Assembly (NCBI GenBank): GCA_001822065.1 | Contig: MHPJ01000010.1 | Coordinates: 1-41,333 of the forward strand | DNA length: 41,333 nucleotides | Origin: Candidatus Staskawiczbacteria bacterium RIFOXYB1_FULL_37_44 | GTDB lineage: Bacteria > Patescibacteriota > Minisyncoccia > Minisyncoccales > Staskawiczbacteraceae | Direction of reading: 5' to 3' | Shown here: positions 35,528 through 41,333 of the stretch, one piece after another | Position numbering within the stretch: position 1 is the stretch's first letter | Layout: every line of letters starts with the position of its first letter | Made by a program: the position numbers and the translations under genes | Notes under the pieces: generated by a model | Told to the model about the DNA's origin: nothing | The model's input: only the letters and a program-made list of their open reading frames with translations | Database searches by the model: none

Positions 35528-37519
35528 TTAATTTTTCAGTTTTTCGACGGCTTCAGAGAGTATTTGCGAATACAAATTTAGGCCAATTTTATTTATGGCG
35601 CCAGACTGCTCTTTGCCAAGTATATTTCCGGCTCCCCGCAATTCAAGGTCTTTAATAGCAAGACGGTATCCTGCTCCCAATTCTTTTGCATCTTCTAATG
35701 CCTCTAACCGTTCTTTTGCCAGTGGCGTTAAATTTTTTGGATTATATAAAAAATATGCAAAACTTTCTATGTTTGACCTTCCAACTCTGCCTCTTATTTG
35801 ATGCGCCTGCGAAAGCCCAAGGCGGGTGGCATCTTCTATTATAATAGTATTTACGTTAGGCAGATCTAATCCATTTTCAATAATTGTTGTTGCCAGCAAA
35901 ATATCTATATCTTTTTTTTGAAAGCTGTCCATTATTTTTATAAGCTGTTTTTCTCTCATTCTCCCGTGTATGAGAGAAATTCTAGCGGAGGGAATAAGCT
36001 TTAAAATTTTCTCTTTTGTTTTTTCAAGGCTTTCTACGCGATTGTGCAAAAAATACACCTGTCCTTTTCTTTTTAATTCCGCGTTTATAGCATTTTTTGT
36101 TAGTTTATTATTGTACGGCAAAACTTTTGTATTTGTGGCGGTTCTGCCTTGAGGGGGAGTTTGCACTAAACTTATATTTTTAAATGAAGAAAGCGCCAAA
36201 TAAATTGTGCGCGGAATTGGCGTTGCAGACAAGCTTAAAATATCCAAAGACGGATTTCTTTCCCGCAATTTTTCTTTTTGCTTTACGCCAAATCTTTGTT
36301 CGTCGTCAATAATTAAAAGTTGGAGATTTTTAAATTTAACATCGTTAGACAAAATTCTGTGCGTTCCTATTAAAATATCAATTTTTCCATTTTCCAAATC
36401 ATTTAATATTTTTTTCTGTTCCGATTTTGTTTGCAATCTTGTGAGCTGGGAAATTCTAATTAAAGGATCGTTTTTTCCGCCCGAGGCGGATCCGCCTATG
36501 GCGGAGAACCTGTTTTTAAAATTATTAAAATGCTGGTTTGCCAAAATTGTTGTTGGGCAAATTATTGCTGTCTGCCTGCTGTTTGACGAAGCTATTAAGG
36601 CTGTTCTCATTGCAACTTCTGTTTTTCCAAAGCCAACATCTCCGCAAACAATGCGGTCCATTGGAATATCTTTTGCCAAGTCTTTTTCTATTTCTTCAAT
36701 TGCGCTAAGCTGGTCTGGAGTTTCTTCATATAAAAATCCGGACTTTAATTCAGACTCTAATTCTTCGTCAACTTGGTAAGGCGCTCTCTTCGCAATTTCT
36801 TTTTTGGCGTACAAAGCCAAAAGTTCTTTTGCCAGCTTTTCAATTTCTTCTTTTAGTTTGCTTTTTGTTTTTTGCCAAACTGACGAACCAAGCCTTGAAA
36901 TTTTAGGATCTGAAAATCCTACATATCTTGAAAGTTTTCTTTCAAGCCCCAATGGCACATACAACTTATCGCCCGCGGAATATTCTAAAACATAATATTT
37001 CTCTTGTCGATAAAGTTGACGATCGTCAATTTCGATGAATTTTCCGACTCCATGGTCTAAATGCACCAAATAGTCGCCATGCCTTAAACCCTTAATATCT
37101 GAAAATACTTTTTGCGATTTCAGCCGTTTTTTTAGGATTTCTTTAAATTTTTTTTCGTCGTTAATTTTTATGTCCAGATTTTTTATGTTATCAACTTCGT
37201 TTCCTAAAAAATCAAGGCGCACGGCATTTGTTAAATTTATCGGAAAAACATCTATTATCCCGCCCCTTTGCGCAAATTCACCGGGTTCTGAAACTTTAAA
37301 AACTTTTTCATAGCCCATTTCATCCAATTTTCTTATAAATTGTGAAAAGTTTATGCTTTGCTCTTTTTTTAAAAAAATTATATTGTCTTCAAAAAAGTTT
37401 TGCGTGCCCCTGGCGCCTAAAATTTTCTGCAAATTTTCTTGAAACCAAAAAACCTCCTTTTCCAAAAAGTAGGGGGTAATACTCACGATGAGCAAATTTT
37501 CAATTTTAATTGTATTCAT
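35528..37519 (-). CDS. mfd: Transcription-repair coupling factor, shortened form
   Basis: UvrB-like GEFAQRGGIID, CarD/RID VHLDHGVG, CGDVGFGKTE, DDEQRFG, QIRGRVGR and DLELRGAGNILG; ends before the TRCF domain. Confidence 0.9.
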   Translation of the reverse strand: MNTIKIENLLIVSITPYFLEKEVFWFQENLQKILGARGTQNFFEDNIIFLKKEQSINFSQFIRKLDEMGYEKVFKVSEPGEFAQRGGIIDVFPINLTNAVRLDFLGNEVDNIKNLDIKINDEKKFKEILKKRLKSQKVFSDIKGLRHGDYLVHLDHGVGKFIEIDDRQLYRQEKYYVLEYSAGDKLYVPLGLERKLSRYVGFSDPKISRLGSSVWQKTKSKLKEEIEKLAKELLALYAKKEIAKRAPYQVDEELESELKSGFLYEETPDQLSAIEEIEKDLAKDIPMDRIVCGDVGFGKTEVAMRTALIASSNSRQTAIICPTTILANQHFNNFKNRFSAIGGSASGGKNDPLIRISQLTRLQTKSEQKKILNDLENGKIDILIGTHRILSNDVKFKNLQLLIIDDEQRFGVKQKEKLRERNPSLDILSLSATPIPRTIYLALSSFKNISLVQTPPQGRTATNTKVLPYNNKLTKNAINAELKRKGQVYFLHNRVESLEKTKEKILKLIPSARISLIHGRMREKQLIKIMDSFQKKDIDILLATTIIENGLDLPNVNTIIIEDATRLGLSQAHQIRGRVGRSNIESFAYFLYNPKNLTPLAKERLEALEDAKELGAGYRLAIKDLELRGAGNILGKEQSGAINKIGLNLYSQILSEAVEKLKN

Positions 37520-38093
37520 TCATAGCCTTATCTAATCCTTCTCTTAATAAAAAATCAAGAGCCTCTGCGGTTTTTTCTGTTGTTTGATTTAAAATTTCTT
37601 GTTCTTCCGGTGAGAATTTTTTTAAAACTATATTACTTGCTTTTGCCTGTTTAACCCCAGGGGTTAAACAGGGAGAAATGCCAATACGCAGGCGGATTAA
37701 ATTTTCATTTCCAATTGCTTTTATTATAGATTCTACGCCTTTATGCCCGGCAGACCCGCGTTCCTGAATTATTTTAATTTTTCCAACGGGCAAATCAATG
37801 TCGTCGTGGACAACTATAAAATTTGAAATTTGAAATTTGAAATTTGAAATTAATTTTTTAGCGGATTTGCCGGATTCATTCATAAAAGTCTGGGGCTTGG
37901 CGAGAATTATATTCTCGTCACCCTGAGCGGAGTCGAAGGGTTTTTCAGAAATTTCGGCAGTATATTTTTTTACCAGTTTAAACTCCGGAAAATTATTTTT
38001 TTCCGCGAATTTGTCTAAAATCATAAAACCAATATTATGCCGGGTATTTTTATATTTTTCGCCCGGATTTCCCAAGCCAATTATTATTGTCAT
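37506..38093 (-). CDS. pth: Peptidyl-tRNA hydrolase
   Basis: GLGNPG, TRHNIGF, KPQTFMNESG, VHDDID, GHKGV and RLRIGI. Confidence 0.97.
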   Translation of the reverse strand: MTIIIGLGNPGEKYKNTRHNIGFMILDKFAEKNNFPEFKLVKKYTAEISEKPFDSAQGDENIILAKPQTFMNESGKSAKKLISNFKFQISNFIVVHDDIDLPVGKIKIIQERGSAGHKGVESIIKAIGNENLIRLRIGISPCLTPGVKQAKASNIVLKKFSPEEQEILNQTTEKTAEALDFLLREGLDKAMNEYN

Positions 38094-38129
38094 TTTATTA
38101 TAATATACTAATTTATTGAAAATTTCCAG

Positions 38130-38138
38130 TTATCCACA
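38130..38138 (+). promoter_or_regulatory. Consensus DnaA box in a divergent promoter region
   Basis: TTATCCACA. Confidence 0.5.
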
Positions 38139-38223
38139 GGGCAAGCCTTGACACGGCTATTGTCAACTGTGCTTGGGGGGGTATTATTAGATAATAAATA
38201 AAAATTAAAAAATAAAAAATATT

Positions 38224-41200
38224 ATGAAAATAAGATTTTTTGTGATTACGGCTGTTTTAGCAACAGCAATTTTTGGGTTTGGTATGCCACGCGCAATAGA
38301 AGCGGTAACAGAAGATGGGCTTAAGACTCAAATTGCCGAATTGCAGGCGCAGATCCAGGAGTTAACGCAACAATTAACTATAATGCAAACCCAGCAAAGC
38401 GTTGTCGCTGATTGGTGTCATAATTTTGATACAAATTTTGGATATGCAAATTCAGGCAGTAAAGAAGTTAGCTATTTGCACACAGCTTTAGAAAAAGAGA
38501 GCATTTCTTTCGCGCCCGATACGGGTAATAAATTTAGCCGCGAAGGAGGGACTAATTCAGCGGTAATTGCTTTTCAGCAAAAATACGAAATATCTCCTTT
38601 GAGCGGTTTTGTTGGACCCCTAACTAGGGCAAAACTTAATGTATTATATGGGTGCCGCCCTACGTCAATTAAAGTTCTCTCCCCCAACGGCGGAGAAAAA
38701 TGGGAACCGGGAAAACCATATGACATAAAATGGAGCGCTCAAAATGTAGCTGAAAATGTTGTTGTTTCAATTTACAATAATGCAGCTGATGTTGCAGGAA
38801 GCCGCGTGACAATTGTAGCCGAGTCTGTTTCTGCAAGCGCCGGAACAGCAAGTTTTACCGTGCCTTTAGATTTTGTTTTGGGCGGCAGTTATGATGTTAG
38901 AGTAGGGGTAGGAGCAAATACCGCGCCACAAGACAGAAGCGACAGGTATTTTAGCGTTGCCATAGTTGACCCTGTATTAAAAAATTGCAGGCTTGACCAC
39001 CTCAATGGATTAGGTGTTACGGAAACATCAGTTAGTAATAAAGAAGCTTGTTCAACATTTTGCGACCATTACGGATTGGCCAACTTGAATGATGTGATGC
39101 CGCCAGAAGAACGTTTTTTTTCAAAATGCATTTTTAACGGCAGAGCAATTAAACATTATACAATTCCAAATGGTTGGTGTTATACTTTTGCGGAAAATTT
39201 AGCCGTAGGATTTCAAAAGCCAAATCAAATAAAAAAATTACAGCAAGTTTTGGCTAACGAAGAATTTTATGATGGTTTAATTAACGGAATTTTTAACAAT
39301 AACGTCTATAAAGCTGTCAAAGATTTCCAGAAAAAATATAATATAAATCCAACAGGAAATGTTTGGCCAGTAACAAGAGCAAAATTGAATGCACTTTATA
39401 GGTGCGCTGCTCCTTTAATTACTGTCACCTCCCCAAATGGCGGTGAGACATGGAAAGTTGGCGAAACCCATAGTATTACTTGGAATTCCATTAATGTAAA
39501 TGGTACTATTTTAACTATTCAGCTTAAAAATTCTGTTACCAACGTAGCGACTATGATTACATATCAAACCGTTCCATCGTCAGAGTTTTATTCATGGATA
39601 ATTCCATCGAATATCGCACCGGGACAATATAAAATGCAATTATCAGCATACAGCGATTCTACTAATACTGAATTAATTCAAGATTTATCTGATAATTATT
39701 TCACCATTGTCGCGGCAGACACAATCCAACCGTCTATTACCGTTACTTCCCCCAACGGCGGAGAAACACTCGCTGTCGGTCAAATATACAATTTAACATG
39801 GACATCAACAGCCATAGATAATTCTCTGGTTAATTTGTATGTAATATCCAGCGACGGCACAACGCAAAGCAACATAGCAACGGGTATAGCGAATACCGGA
39901 AATTATTCGTGGACTATTCCACAAAATCAACTTGAAGGAGCTCATAGGTTTTATGTTTCATCGGGAACGATATCTGATCACAGCAACAATGTTTTTTCTA
40001 TATGGAAAACAACCCAGCCGGCGGCTATTTTAACATTTCTCACAGCTACCAATACTTATTCTTATAATAATACGATTCCGGCGGATAGTTATGCTACCGG
40101 CGTGATTACATTTAAAATAAAAGCCAACGGAGCTACTTTATCTCATATAACCGCAAACGACGTTGCAGTCCAGTTTTGCAGTGTTGGCGGCAACTGCACA
40201 TTAACAGGAGTCAGCAGAAGTGTTACTATTACGCCTGACCAAGCCAATATTTCAGATGGCACGGAATCAACCGTGACAGTTAGCGCAACTTCCAAGGGAG
40301 GCTCGGGATATGTTTATTTCAAAATTAGCGAAATAGACTGGACAGCAAACGGAACAACGACTCATCAAACATCTGGCTTAGATAACTTTAAGACGCCAGT
40401 TGTAAATGCGGTTGGCGGCGTAACCACGCCTTCAATCACCATCACCTCCCCTAACGGCGGGGAAACATGGAAAGTTGGCGAAACTAAGAGAATAACATGG
40501 GCTTCAACAGGTGTAGGCTTAATTAAGATTTATCTTTATAATGATAGTCTTATTGGAAGCGGATCTACCCATTTGATTACCAGTACAAACGTTTTTGCAT
40601 CGCAAGGGTATTATGACTGGACAGTGGTTAACCCATACAGTCAAACCTCTAATGTTGATCAAAGCAAATATAAAATCAGAGTCGATGATGTTGATGCAGA
40701 CAATGTTACTATTAGAGATTACAGTAATAACTATTTCACCATTGCCGCGCCAGTGTCAGATACTTACACCTTGACAACTTTGGCCGCTAACGGAACTGTT
40801 GCCAAAAGTCCAAACCAGACAACTTATGATACGGGAACAGAGGTAACTTTGACAGCCACGGCTAATGCTGGTTACCACTTTGTTAATTGGACGGGCGGCG
40901 CGTCTGGAACAGTAAATCCACTTACAATAACAATGAATGCCAATAAGTCAGTGACAGCCAATTTTGTGGCGGATGTTGTTGCTACTTGCACCGATACAGA
41001 CGGAGGAAAAGATTATTTTGTAAGAGGAACAGTAACCAACGCAACCGGAAGTTCAACTGATTTATGTTATCAGGCAGTCAAAAAAATAGCCGAATATTTT
41101 TGTGATTCAAATGGTTTTAGGGTTTATGAATGGCACGCCTGTCCTAATGGATGCAGTAACGGGGCATGCATTGGGACCACGTCATTGGCTCCAGATAGCA

Positions 41201-41274
41201 TTAATTCTCGACAAAGCTTGTTGGATTCTATGGCGGCGTCATTATTAACTTTGAATTACGAAATGCAACTTTGA
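38224..41274 (+). CDS. Large secreted/surface protein: signal peptide, coiled coil, 2 peptidoglycan-binding domains, 4 SPNGGE Ig-like repeats, InlB-B-like repeat, Cys-rich C-terminus
   Basis: AVIAFQQKY..GFVGPLTRAKLN; AVKDFQKKY..TRAKLN; SPNGGE x4; VTLTATANAGYHFVNWTG; CTDTDGGKDY. Confidence 0.85.
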   Translation: MKIRFFVITAVLATAIFGFGMPRAIEAVTEDGLKTQIAELQAQIQELTQQLTIMQTQQSVVADWCHNFDTNFGYANSGSKEVSYLHTALEKESISFAPDTGNKFSREGGTNSAVIAFQQKYEISPLSGFVGPLTRAKLNVLYGCRPTSIKVLSPNGGEKWEPGKPYDIKWSAQNVAENVVVSIYNNAADVAGSRVTIVAESVSASAGTASFTVPLDFVLGGSYDVRVGVGANTAPQDRSDRYFSVAIVDPVLKNCRLDHLNGLGVTETSVSNKEACSTFCDHYGLANLNDVMPPEERFFSKCIFNGRAIKHYTIPNGWCYTFAENLAVGFQKPNQIKKLQQVLANEEFYDGLINGIFNNNVYKAVKDFQKKYNINPTGNVWPVTRAKLNALYRCAAPLITVTSPNGGETWKVGETHSITWNSINVNGTILTIQLKNSVTNVATMITYQTVPSSEFYSWIIPSNIAPGQYKMQLSAYSDSTNTELIQDLSDNYFTIVAADTIQPSITVTSPNGGETLAVGQIYNLTWTSTAIDNSLVNLYVISSDGTTQSNIATGIANTGNYSWTIPQNQLEGAHRFYVSSGTISDHSNNVFSIWKTTQPAAILTFLTATNTYSYNNTIPADSYATGVITFKIKANGATLSHITANDVAVQFCSVGGNCTLTGVSRSVTITPDQANISDGTESTVTVSATSKGGSGYVYFKISEIDWTANGTTTHQTSGLDNFKTPVVNAVGGVTTPSITITSPNGGETWKVGETKRITWASTGVGLIKIYLYNDSLIGSGSTHLITSTNVFASQGYYDWTVVNPYSQTSNVDQSKYKIRVDDVDADNVTIRDYSNNYFTIAAPVSDTYTLTTLAANGTVAKSPNQTTYDTGTEVTLTATANAGYHFVNWTGGASGTVNPLTITMNANKSVTANFVADVVATCTDTDGGKDYFVRGTVTNATGSSTDLCYQAVKKIAEYFCDSNGFRVYEWHACPNGCSNGACIGTTSLAPDSINSRQSLLDSMAASLLTLNYEMQL

Positions 41275-41333
41275 TGCATAAATTTGAACAATCCAAACAC
41301 GCGTTGGATTAGCCAAGTTTGTATGTCGTATTG

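Noticed and set aside
38130-38138. oriC
   Set aside because: Single DnaA box, no cluster and no dnaA/dnaN nearby
1-41333. CRISPR array, prophage, IS transposase, group I/II introns, alternative genetic code
   Set aside because: No regularly spaced repeats, cas, phage or transposase genes; tRNAs are uninterrupted; TGA terminates conserved genes such as mutM and the RSH

Overview
AT-rich bacterial chromosome segment using the standard code (TGA is a stop). Several traits point to Patescibacteria/CPR, Parcubacteria-like, by inference: compact housekeeping genes with no Shine-Dalgarno, CCA-less tRNAs flanked by LAGLIDADG-like ORFs, and a giant PG-binding/SPNGGE-repeat surface protein. The backbone carries metG, rpsT, holA, mutM, a 5'-3' exonuclease, tsaE, a PilB/GspE ATPase, ruvB, rplS, an RluA-family synthase, ftsH, tatD, leuS, iorAB, sua5, glyA, an RSH, topA, a short mfd, pth, two toxin-antitoxin pairs and 7 tRNAs. 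Five things stand out. (1) Autonomous cassettes, mostly GC-rich, each with a consensus sigma70 promoter, an SD and a terminator; they include a Planctomycete-like csrA and a surface protein with a Planctomycete-type LEPRxLL N-terminus, suggesting host-derived or host-directed genes. (2) Two unannotated, highly structured ncRNA candidates bounded by promoter and terminator (9245-9403 and about 20003-20355). (3) Several families of short palindromic elements, many inserted in frame inside essential genes. (4) Rare anticodons Leu(AAG) and Ile(UAU), and a uniform CA trailer on all 7 tRNAs. (5) Two free-standing LAGLIDADG-like ORFs abutting tRNA ends. All calls come from reading the sequence; no database searches were run.
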